NCBI GenBank assembly: GCA_041169145.1
Contig: JBEEJO010000002.1
Coordinates: 1-50,246, forward strand
Reading direction: 5' to 3'
Source of the DNA: Candidatus Parcubacteria bacterium
GTDB taxonomy: Bacteria; Patescibacteriota; Minisyncoccia; UBA6257; 2-01-FULL-56-20
Length of the DNA: 50,246 bases
Part shown: positions 1-8,244 of the stretch, in pieces
Layout of the letters: each line of letters begins with the position of its first letter
Numbering within the stretch: the first letter of the stretch is position 1
Made by a program: the position numbers and the translations under genes
Notes under the pieces: model-generated
The model's database searches: none
What the model was told of the DNA's origin: nothing
Seen by the model: the letters and a program-made list of their open reading frames with translations, nothing else

Positions 1-1436
1 TTCTTCGGTGTCCACTCATTGCGTAATTTGGCAGCTAGATCGGTGATCGGCAACTTACCAAATTCCTCGGCGGTGATTGGACCGCGAGGTCTTACGGTGC
101 CGCCGCGCATCCTACCTATACTGGGTTCAGGCTCGTAGTTCGGGTCGCATTTCCTCTCAAACGATTTTTCACACTCTGCGGCTTCTTCATTCGTTAGCTG
201 GTCGCAGATACTTGATAGAATCTGTAAGCCGTATGTTTTGTGCCATTTCTCATCTTCGGCGTCTGTGGCGCGTTTAGTGAAGTATTCAAACACTCGCCGT
301 ACATAATCCCGCTTATCCTTCTCGGATAACGCCGAGAAGCTCAATCGGAGCGCTTTTTGATATTCCGTACCAGAAATGTATTCGTGATACCGATCGGTTG
401 CGAATATCTTGAAAAACTCCTGCTTCAATTCGTCTCTGAAAAGGACCGGGCACAAACTCATCGTGAACATCCGAAGCCGCCACATGGAGCGACTATCCGG
501 GAGTTTCGCAAGGTATTTATCGAACAGTTGGCGAGCGTTCTTTGCATCATCACATTTTCCTCCGATGAGTTGCACCACCAACGTCTTTACGACTGCTGCG
601 AGCGAGCGAACATCGTCTCGATGGGAAAGATGTTCTTTTTCACCAAGTGTGAGCTCAAAGAAATCAACATCGTAGAGATGGAATGTTTCGGCAATTGTAA
701 AAACATCAGCAGCGTCTTCACGCTCACCAGTAATAGTGACACCACAAAGAGCCCGAATTGCAATCGCTAGCGCCCTCTCTTTATGTGATTCATCTACCCC
801 TACCAGTTGTCCAAACACTTTTGTTTCGCTTATGTCGTTGAAATAGAATGGATTGTCCGTTGAGTACCCCCGACTCACTTTCTTGAGCTCATCTTTTGTC
901 TGTACGGCAAGAACCGCTTCTGCAAGCACCAAAATGCCATCGTAGTCTTTCGCGCTAGATAGAGTTGCAAACATTTTTTCATACTCAAACCCCCACCGAT
1001 TGAATACCCCCATTAGAGGTATCCACCTTCCATCGCGAATCTTTATAACCATGCGAGAAAGCTGTTCTGCAGGTAGGTTGCTACAGATCCACAAAAATCT
1101 ATCCACGACTTCCGGATTAAAGTGGTCTGCTGAGATGGGAATTGCGAGTATGATATCAGCAACCTTTTTCGGTTCCTTCACCGCAACCTTCACAAGATAG
1201 TCCAACTCCGGCGTTCTGTATCCGTACTGCGTCGGATCAATGGATTTTTCTTTGATTACATCCAGGAATCCATTGTTCCAGAGCCACTCAAGCCAGCGCT
1301 CGTTAGCCTGGGTGAAAAAGTAGCGGTGCGTGTCAGGATTTGTAGAAATGATTTCTTGAATAACATTTCTGTCGACCACGGCACAGCCCGTTTCTATTAG
1401 CTCGTCTATACGCTTGTGAAGTTGGATCTGATTCAT
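1..1436 (-). CDS. Hypothetical protein of unknown function. The N-terminus is present and the C-terminus runs off the window start. It is the fourth gene of the res-mod-CHAT operon.
   Basis: It is absent from the ORF track because its stop lies beyond position 1. Hand translation of the minus strand from the ATG at 1434-1436 is open all the way to position 1 (MNQIQLHKRIDELIETGCAVVDRNVIQEIISTNPDTHRYFF ... GKLPITDLAAKLRNEWTPK, about 478 codons). I checked the frame codon by codon at 1-60 and 721-780. No competing ORF longer than 137 aa exists in 1-1440. The start is 5 nt after the CHAT stop. I recognise no catalytic motif, and the composition looks alpha-helical. Confidence 0.6.
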   Translation of the reverse strand, partial: MNQIQLHKRIDELIETGCAVVDRNVIQEIISTNPDTHRYFFTQANERWLEWLWNNGFLDVIKEKSIDPTQYGYRTPELDYLVKVAVKEPKKVADIILAIPISADHFNPEVVDRFLWICSNLPAEQLSRMVIKIRDGRWIPLMGVFNRWGFEYEKMFATLSSAKDYDGILVLAEAVLAVQTKDELKKVSRGYSTDNPFYFNDISETKVFGQLVGVDESHKERALAIAIRALCGVTITGEREDAADVFTIAETFHLYDVDFFELTLGEKEHLSHRDDVRSLAAVVKTLVVQLIGGKCDDAKNARQLFDKYLAKLPDSRSMWRLRMFTMSLCPVLFRDELKQEFFKIFATDRYHEYISGTEYQKALRLSFSALSEKDKRDYVRRVFEYFTKRATDAEDEKWHKTYGLQILSSICDQLTNEEAAECEKSFERKCDPNYEPEPSIGRMRGGTVRPRGPITAEEFGKLPITDLAAKLRNEWTPK

Positions 1437-1441
1437 TTGAG

Positions 1442-2485
1442 TTATGTTCTCGTATAGAACATCGGCACATAATCGGAATCCGGATTCTCTGATTTGTATT
1501 TTATCAGAGCGCTTTGAAAAGCAGATCGCGGGCTTTGCCCAACGGTTAGGAAGTTATAGAAGTATGAAGAAAACTTTTTCGCTGAAGGAGAGCCAGCGCC
1601 ACCGCTGTAGGCAATAACGTTATCGGAGACCCCGTCTTTTATGAGATCGAAGGCAAGGCTTGTTGATCCTGTGCCACCGCCAGAGAAACAAAAGGATAAA
1701 TAAACTACTAAAAAATATGGCTTCGGATCGATTTTGAGGAGATTGATAAAGTCATTCTTACCTATGTGCACAATTTTGTCATAAGAAGTTGCATCCTCAA
1801 GACAAAGACGCCCGTCTTCTTCCCCGTGGAGCGCTATATGAACGTATCCGAATCTGTTCCATCCTATCTCCTCTACAGCCGTTCTTGTTCCGTGTTTGAG
1901 AAAGTGAACCTCGCTAATCCGAAAGGAATCTTTATTATTTTCGGTTATCTTCTTCAAAATATCGATGATCTCTTCGTTCACATCATTCCCAATGTTCGTT
2001 TTATCAGGCATATGAGAGTGGGACATTATTACTAAACAGCGATATTGAGAACTAACACTCCCTTGTTTATTTGCTGGATGCATTATTTCTCTCAATACAC
2101 AGATTCCATTGGCGATTGATTCCCACGGTAATTCGAGAAATTCGGCGAGCTCAGACTGGATTATCAATTCGGTATCAGTATTATTGATCAGATTTTCTGT
2201 AGGTTGCACATCTAGTTTTGACATTAGCAACTCAAGAACGGGGTTTAGATTTGTTCCTGCCAATGGATTTTGAGGTGCGAGGTTCAATGATTCTGAATCT
2301 AATATCTCGATGTCTTGTATTGCCGGTTTCATCTCAGAAGAGCGTTCATATGCTTTTTTGTATTCATCAAAAGACAGACGCACTTGAGGTTTGTTGCTAG
2401 CTTCCAGTTGAAGATAGTGAGCTAGACTCACTATCCCTGCTGAATCTTTGGTTCTTTCGATTACTGAAAAACCCTTTATGAGCAT
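1442..2485 (-). CDS. CHAT-domain (caspase-like) cysteine protease, short stand-alone form
   Basis: The 347-aa ORF has the layout of the CHAT family. ELPWESI lies near the domain start. The His box is VHIALHGEEDGRLCLED. The Cys box is FLVVYLSFCFSGGGTG. The trailing segment is VIAYSGGAGSPSAKKFSSYFYNFL. It starts 7 nt after the mod stop. Confidence 0.75.
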   Translation of the reverse strand: MLIKGFSVIERTKDSAGIVSLAHYLQLEASNKPQVRLSFDEYKKAYERSSEMKPAIQDIEILDSESLNLAPQNPLAGTNLNPVLELLMSKLDVQPTENLINNTDTELIIQSELAEFLELPWESIANGICVLREIMHPANKQGSVSSQYRCLVIMSHSHMPDKTNIGNDVNEEIIDILKKITENNKDSFRISEVHFLKHGTRTAVEEIGWNRFGYVHIALHGEEDGRLCLEDATSYDKIVHIGKNDFINLLKIDPKPYFLVVYLSFCFSGGGTGSTSLAFDLIKDGVSDNVIAYSGGAGSPSAKKFSSYFYNFLTVGQSPRSAFQSALIKYKSENPDSDYVPMFYTRT

Positions 2486-2492
2486 ACCGCAA

Positions 2493-4955
2493 TCATAGCT
2501 GAACCACCCTCATCACTTCGTCGCCGTAGTGGTTAATGACTTTGACGGCGATTTTGCCGGTCTTTGGTTTAGGGAATGGACGCGAAACTGTTGAATAGAG
2601 CTCCTCCCAAGCATCTTCGTTAATATCAGCACGGAGAGCTTTTTTTAATTTTTCATAGGGTTTATCTGCGCCGAGGAAGTAGGCGTGCGTAACAAAGAAT
2701 GCTTCACCGCTATAGTTCGTATCCAGGAACCAGGCCGCGATCTCGTGCTCGGGGTCGCCGGAGCCACTTGAACGAATTTCACTTTTCACGGGATCGTATA
2801 CATCCACGCCAGCTACCTCAACCACTACTCCGTCCTTGCCCTCTTTCACCGTGACCTGTGGCTCGCCGAATGCCAAGAAAAGGTTTCCAGAACCAGTCTT
2901 CTTCAATAAATCGCCCATTGAGAGGTCGGGGTTGATTTTCACTCGCATTACTCGCAAACCATCAATTTCTGATGGGACTGAAAATGCCGATGCATCGAAT
3001 GAGGTCGCGGCAACAACGAGCAAATCAGCAAATCTTTTCGCAACCTTAGCTGCGTCGCGAATAAAATCATCATCTATACTACCAAATTCCGGACCGATAG
3101 ATATAGCTACTTTCTTGAGGCCACTTTCGGTCTTATATTCACCAGATGCTTGAATCTCCGGACCACCAGGCAAGATGTCTAGATTCACAAATTCTACACG
3201 CGCTCCTTTCTGTCCGGTTTGCACTCCGGCTTTGAGCAGATTGGAAATAACTGTCTCTGCGAATCGTTCAGATGACACCATTTCCTGCGCATCAGAAACA
3301 CGGTGTGGCGAGAGAGATTCTACCGTAAAAGGACCAGTGACGCGTACTACTTCTTTGTTCTCAAATGGTTGATCGTAGAGAATCTCTTGCTCTGGTGACT
3401 CACTATTCGCTAAAGATTTTAATGTTATATGCGGAACTGTCTTACACTCAATCCCGGCGCTAACGTTATCTTTTTCTTTGAGCTTGTAGTATGGAAACCT
3501 GGCTGTCATGAGTCGAGTTCGGGCAAGCGCTAACGCAACGCGGGAAGTGTCAATTGTAATCCAGCGGCGGCCCCATTGCTCAGCCACATATGCAGTCGTA
3601 CCCGAACCACAAGTTGGATCGAGAACGAGATCTCCAGGATCGGTTGTCATAAGAACGCATCGCTGGATAACGCTGTGTGCCGTCTGTACAACATACGTTC
3701 GCTGGACACCAATTTGCATTGATTCCCATCTATCAGTAATCGGTACCACAGGAAAATCATCAACGAAACGACGATATCTAATTGTCGAACCCATAACTTC
3801 AATTCTATTCAGCTCAGCTAAGCGCTTTAATCCCAAGACGGTTGTTTTCCAATGCGCATCACCTCTCGGAAAGTATTTCTTACCTTGGAAAACAAATTCT
3901 TGAGGTTCTGCGGATGCTCCATCTGAATATAGTGGGGCAAGTTGATAGCGTTTCCCTTCTTGTGCAATCCGCCCCGTGAACAACTCTTCTGGAGACAATC
4001 GTCGTGATCCTCCGTCTTTTAATAGATACATATCATATCTATCAAGTGTTGTATCACCAACTTCTCTCGGCCTATACAATCTGCGAAATTTTGTCATTCC
4101 TTTATCTTTTGAATACCAGATGAGGTAGTCAACGGTCGATGAAATTAAATTAGACTCAACGCCACCCGTTTTTTGGAATGAAATTTGAGTAACAAAATTA
4201 CTGGATCCAAACACTTCGTCCATTAGATTACGAATAAGATGTACATTCTCGTCGTTGATTTGCACGAAGCATGAGCCGCCATCATTTAACAGCTCACGCG
4301 CAGTCGTCAAACGATCGCGCAAGTACGCGAGGTAAGAATGAACACCAAGCTCCCACGTATCGCGGAATGCCTTTACCTGCTCTGGCTGACGAACAAAATC
4401 ATCAAGCTTGTTGTCTTTTACATCGCGCTTCCGTGTCGAAACCTGCCAGTTAGACCCGAACTTAATACCATATGGTGGATCAATGTAAATCGTCTGAACT
4501 TTGCCTCGCAGACCCTCTTTTTCCAATAGACTGTTCATCGCAAGAAGCGAGTCACCGAGAATCATACGATTCTGCCAATTCTCTTCGTGCTTGTAAAAAT
4601 CAACTGCCTTTGCCGCTTGCTGTTCCGCCGTTTCGCCAAAGAGAAGTGTTTGAGCCGATTCCTGTGCGCCGGTCTTGAGACGAGCAATAATCGCTTCGGG
4701 AGCGATTTTCTCTTGAACGTAGATTGGAACGGTCGCTACCTCAAACTCTGCACCTGCCTCCTTCTTTCCAGACCAGACAAGTTGCGGATCGAACGATGGA
4801 TCATACTCATATTTCTTCTTAATTGGTTGCTTGTCCCGAGCAGAAAGTTTCACCGATTCTTCCTGAGTCGGAATACGAACACGTTTCTCGCCGTGTTTGT
4901 ACGAAGCGACGGGTGCCGCTTTGGTTGGCTGTAACATCTTCTTTGTTCTGCGCAT
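2493..4955 (-). CDS. mod: Type III-like R-M methyltransferase subunit (N6-adenine/N4-cytosine amino-methyltransferase, beta-class)
   Basis: 820-aa ORF. The catalytic DPPY motif (IYIDPPYGIKFGSNW) precedes the SAM-binding motif (VLDPTCGSGTTAYVAEQWGRRWITID). The conserved N-terminus reads KKKYEYDPSFDPQLVWSGKKE. It sits 9 nt downstream of the Res gene. Confidence 0.9.
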   Translation of the reverse strand: MRRTKKMLQPTKAAPVASYKHGEKRVRIPTQEESVKLSARDKQPIKKKYEYDPSFDPQLVWSGKKEAGAEFEVATVPIYVQEKIAPEAIIARLKTGAQESAQTLLFGETAEQQAAKAVDFYKHEENWQNRMILGDSLLAMNSLLEKEGLRGKVQTIYIDPPYGIKFGSNWQVSTRKRDVKDNKLDDFVRQPEQVKAFRDTWELGVHSYLAYLRDRLTTARELLNDGGSCFVQINDENVHLIRNLMDEVFGSSNFVTQISFQKTGGVESNLISSTVDYLIWYSKDKGMTKFRRLYRPREVGDTTLDRYDMYLLKDGGSRRLSPEELFTGRIAQEGKRYQLAPLYSDGASAEPQEFVFQGKKYFPRGDAHWKTTVLGLKRLAELNRIEVMGSTIRYRRFVDDFPVVPITDRWESMQIGVQRTYVVQTAHSVIQRCVLMTTDPGDLVLDPTCGSGTTAYVAEQWGRRWITIDTSRVALALARTRLMTARFPYYKLKEKDNVSAGIECKTVPHITLKSLANSESPEQEILYDQPFENKEVVRVTGPFTVESLSPHRVSDAQEMVSSERFAETVISNLLKAGVQTGQKGARVEFVNLDILPGGPEIQASGEYKTESGLKKVAISIGPEFGSIDDDFIRDAAKVAKRFADLLVVAATSFDASAFSVPSEIDGLRVMRVKINPDLSMGDLLKKTGSGNLFLAFGEPQVTVKEGKDGVVVEVAGVDVYDPVKSEIRSSGSGDPEHEIAAWFLDTNYSGEAFFVTHAYFLGADKPYEKLKKALRADINEDAWEELYSTVSRPFPKPKTGKIAVKVINHYGDEVMRVVQL

Positions 4956-4964
4956 GATATGTGG

Positions 4965-7946
4965 TTATTTAACCTTAAATAACGAATTGAATCCTCCATT
5001 CATGCCCGCACGGATAAGCTGCTGGGTTTCGTGAATGTCTTGAATCTCAATAATAGCCCATACCCCGAATTTGCCAGTGTTATTCACTGCTGGAACCCAG
5101 AAATCCCGCGCCGTTTTCACTTTTGCTACCTTTTTGTCGTCCTTCTTACCAGTAACTTCAATTAGCAGGTTGATGGTCGATTTATCAGGTAATTCCACTT
5201 TCACGATAAAATCCGGAACGTAGTAATGCGCCACACCTTGATGTTCGTACGGGACCGCGAATCCAAGATTCTGATTTTTCACATACGCTAATACTTCGGG
5301 CATCTCTTCTAAACGCTTGGCTACTCCCTGTTCCCATTCTTGGGTGTCTGCTACGACATAGTTTATGTGGCTCTTCACCGTTTCCTGCACGGGCTTAGTG
5401 GTTAGAAAATCGACGTACCGCGTAGAGCCGAGCGTATCGTATGGGGCGAGGATTGGAAGGAGCTTGCGATCTGTTTGATTTGATATGTTCTCTGTTACGA
5501 TCGCCTGCTGTATCTTGCTCAATGCTCCTGAAAGGTATGCGCCGACGGAAAGGTAGCCGATGACCATTTTATCTTTCAAGACAACGTGACTTTTCACATA
5601 CTCTTCGACGATACGTTTCAGTTGTGGGTGGAGCCAGTATTTTTCTGAACCATCCGCATCCGTATAGTAGCGTTTAAGTAGTCCAACCGTGAGATATTCA
5701 ACAACCGTTCCTTCGCGTCGCTCTTTGATTTTATCTAAAGTCTCCTTTTCTTCCGCTCCGATGAATCCACCCAACGTCACCTCCGTTGGTTCATTTTCGA
5801 TAACGGTGTCCGATTCCTTGGTGAAATGTGCAGCTAATTTCACCTCATTCAACTCATAGCGATAACCTTCAACGCGCGGGAATGTTATTTCATACTGCTC
5901 GCGGTCCGATAGAGAATGAACACGGTGTATGACTTTCGGCAGCTGTGGTTCGGGGCCTCCCTTCACTTTCAAGAAGTTAAATGGCACACCATAGACTTCC
6001 GCATATTCCGGAGATAGGAGGCCATTTTCATCGGCACCATAATCCACGCGCCGAAGAGCGCGACCGACGACCTGCTCACATAAAAGCTGAGTTGAGAACG
6101 CGCGTATGCCTAAAATATGAGTGACCGTATTCACATCCCAACCCTCTGTGAGCATAGAGACGGAGACAACACATTTAATTCCTTCGCCTAACTTACCGGG
6201 TTTACCAACGGTATTCATCACCTCGCGCAGAAGTTCCTCGTCGGTCGGCTCGTCCCGTCCCGGGAAACGCTTCCGATAGTCCTTATGAAAATCGTCGATT
6301 TCTTTTACGAAGATGTTCTTGAATTCATCACTGATCTTTTCGCCGCTCTCGATTTGGGCACTATCAATAAGCAAGGTATTCGGGCGATCAAGAAACCGAA
6401 CTCCGTCTTCGTTCCGAAACACGTCTAAATGACCTTTCTCAAGTTTGATTTTCTTGCTTGCAGTTTCATATTCGTATCCTGCAATCCAGCGATAGACCAT
6501 CTCAGAAACAGTCGTGTTATTGCACACAACGATCATGACCGGTGGCATCACGGCTGGATTTACCCTCTTTTGCTTTTCGTATTCTCGATAGTACTTTTCG
6601 TAACTACCGTATAGTGACGCCAGTGCTTCTTCGAGCTTCGTCGGCAGGATTAAAACCGAGAGATCATATTTGCCAGTTTTCATTCCTTTCTTCGGGAGTT
6701 CATCCCGAACATGGAGCCACAGATTACGGAACTCGGGCTCGGCGTCCGCTCGAATGGTGTCTGATTCCACGGGCAATCGAGGAATTTTTACTACGCCGCA
6801 CTCGAGTGCATCGAGTAGAGAGAAATCATAAACCGTCCACGGGAACATGGTGCCCTCTGTATACCCCGAACCACTCAAGAAATAAGGTGTTGCAGAGAGA
6901 TCTACTATTGCATTTACCTGAATTTTCTTTGAGAGTGCCTCAAGTCCGCTAATCCACACACGAGCAGCCTTATTGTTTTCATCAGCTTCTTTCCGTTCTT
7001 CGCCCGATAATTTTTCCTCCGTAGGGCGCTCTCGGTAGCAGTGGTGCGCTTCATCATTAATAACCAAAACCCGAGGCTTGTTCAGAACACTTTTGAACGC
7101 CCGGTTAACCATTGCACTGGGCGTTTCTTTTATTGCATCTTCCTTGATAAGCCCCGCGGCTTTCATAACCGCACCGATTTGGAATCGTGGATTTTGCCGC
7201 TGTTCAAGCTGATGAAAATTCGTGATGAAAACAGTCGCCTGTTGAAGTGCCTCGAAGTCTTGGTATGAGACGATATTCCGTTGCAAATAATAGTTATGCG
7301 GATCGTTTGGTAGAAGAACATTCAAACGATCACGAATTGTTATCCCCGGAGTGACAATAACGAATGCATCTGTGAATCGCGTGTCTTGCGGGTAACGAAT
7401 CTTGTTCAGCGTATTGTAAGCTATGACCATTGCCATAACGACAGTCTTTCCGGAACCGGTCGCCATCTTAAACGCCAATCGGTATAGCCCAGGATTCGCT
7501 TCTGTATTCGCTTTTTTGATGCCGTTAATAATCCAACTCTCGCCGGTTTTTTCAGCAACCTCATTCACGTACATCAGAGTTTCCAGTGCTTCGATCTGGG
7601 AAAAGAACAGCTTATTCTCCCGAGATTCGTCACTCCAATATCCGAGAAGATCGCGAGATGTTTTTGTGAGTCCTGCATAACCGGACTGGCGCCATTCTTT
7701 CACTTTGGCGCGAACCTTATTGATAAACTCATTCTCCTTCTGGAGTTCGCTCCCATACGCCCCCTCAGCAAGATTAATATCTAACTGATCCTGTTTCGTT
7801 TTTGCCCGTGGAGCTGGTATATAAAAAGTGCTCGGTCGGCGCTCCTCCAGTACTTCGTTTGTTAGCCCACGCTCGTCGGATTTGAAGTGACGCGTCGGCT
7901 CAACGTAAGGGGAATTGAGGATCGGATTGTCGATTTGTTCCGGCAT
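4965..7946 (-). CDS. res: Type III-like restriction enzyme Res subunit (SF2 DEAH helicase with a C-terminal PD-(D/E)xK-like nuclease)
   Basis: 993-aa ORF. Walker A is MATGSGKT, DEAH box is VINDEAHHC, motif III is LSATPYF, and motif VI is TEGWDVN...QVVGRALRR. The C-terminal nuclease-like segment reads YVPDFIVKV...LLIEVTGKK. The N-terminus is NPILNSPYVEPTRHF. Confidence 0.9.
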   Translation of the reverse strand: MPEQIDNPILNSPYVEPTRHFKSDERGLTNEVLEERRPSTFYIPAPRAKTKQDQLDINLAEGAYGSELQKENEFINKVRAKVKEWRQSGYAGLTKTSRDLLGYWSDESRENKLFFSQIEALETLMYVNEVAEKTGESWIINGIKKANTEANPGLYRLAFKMATGSGKTVVMAMVIAYNTLNKIRYPQDTRFTDAFVIVTPGITIRDRLNVLLPNDPHNYYLQRNIVSYQDFEALQQATVFITNFHQLEQRQNPRFQIGAVMKAAGLIKEDAIKETPSAMVNRAFKSVLNKPRVLVINDEAHHCYRERPTEEKLSGEERKEADENNKAARVWISGLEALSKKIQVNAIVDLSATPYFLSGSGYTEGTMFPWTVYDFSLLDALECGVVKIPRLPVESDTIRADAEPEFRNLWLHVRDELPKKGMKTGKYDLSVLILPTKLEEALASLYGSYEKYYREYEKQKRVNPAVMPPVMIVVCNNTTVSEMVYRWIAGYEYETASKKIKLEKGHLDVFRNEDGVRFLDRPNTLLIDSAQIESGEKISDEFKNIFVKEIDDFHKDYRKRFPGRDEPTDEELLREVMNTVGKPGKLGEGIKCVVSVSMLTEGWDVNTVTHILGIRAFSTQLLCEQVVGRALRRVDYGADENGLLSPEYAEVYGVPFNFLKVKGGPEPQLPKVIHRVHSLSDREQYEITFPRVEGYRYELNEVKLAAHFTKESDTVIENEPTEVTLGGFIGAEEKETLDKIKERREGTVVEYLTVGLLKRYYTDADGSEKYWLHPQLKRIVEEYVKSHVVLKDKMVIGYLSVGAYLSGALSKIQQAIVTENISNQTDRKLLPILAPYDTLGSTRYVDFLTTKPVQETVKSHINYVVADTQEWEQGVAKRLEEMPEVLAYVKNQNLGFAVPYEHQGVAHYYVPDFIVKVELPDKSTINLLIEVTGKKDDKKVAKVKTARDFWVPAVNNTGKFGVWAIIEIQDIHETQQLIRAGMNGGFNSLFKVK

Positions 7947-8039
7947 AATAATTCAAACACATCATCCCTCAAAAAGGGTCGTTTGTCTAGGAATATCAAT
8001 GCTCCGCAGACTTGCTTTGATTTCAACTTCGCGTCATCA

Positions 8040-8230
8040 TTTGAATACAACTGAATAGGGCTCAGCCCAGGCCTAAACCAGGCGGTTCCACCGCCCGGCA
8101 TGGCTCCTGAAAACCTGTGATAGATACTGAACCCCGCGTTCAGCAAACTGTCACAGGTCATATCCCGAAAGGGGTATGGGGCGTAAGCCCTAGCTGATGC
8201 GGGGTTCTGTGCGTCAAGCCCCGCCATACT
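8040..8230 (+). ncRNA. Candidate structured RNA or 5' leader of unknown class; the strand is uncertain
   Basis: This is a GC-rich block inside an otherwise AT-rich 298-nt divergent intergenic region. The plus-strand hairpins are as follows. 8078-8085/8091-8098 has one A-C mismatch. 8113-8120/8151-8158 encloses 8127-8132/8138-8143. 8160-8166/8171-8177 is capped by a GAAA loop. 8178-8182/8187-8191 is capped by a GUAA loop. 8199-8204/8219-8224 is the last. An alternative 9-bp pairing exists between 8129-8137 (GAACCCCGC) and 8199-8207 (GCGGGGTTC). The two GNRA loops favour the plus strand. Confidence 0.35.
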
Positions 8231-8244
8231 CATCATAAAAATAT

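Noticed and set aside
8040-8230. Assigning the structured element to a known RNA class (c-di-GMP-I riboswitch, ZTP, cobalamin, TPP, RNase P, tmRNA, SRP)
   Set aside because: Short resemblances exist: GGCCUAAACC and GCGGGGUU as in the Vc2 c-di-GMP-I aptamer, CCGGGCGG/CCGCCUGG on the minus strand as in ZTP, and ACUGAACCC as in RNase P. The other invariant blocks of each class are absent (ACGCAAAGCC, GGGUCGUG, GAGGAAAGUCC, a B12 box). I therefore leave it unclassified pending a covariance-model search.
7862-8236. A 124-aa minus-strand ORF covering the structured intergenic element and overlapping the res start
   Set aside because: It overlaps the res start by 85 nt in another frame. Its sequence is Ala/Gly/Pro-rich, as expected from reading through GC-rich hairpins. 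It has no ribosome-binding site. The region is better explained as RNA structure.
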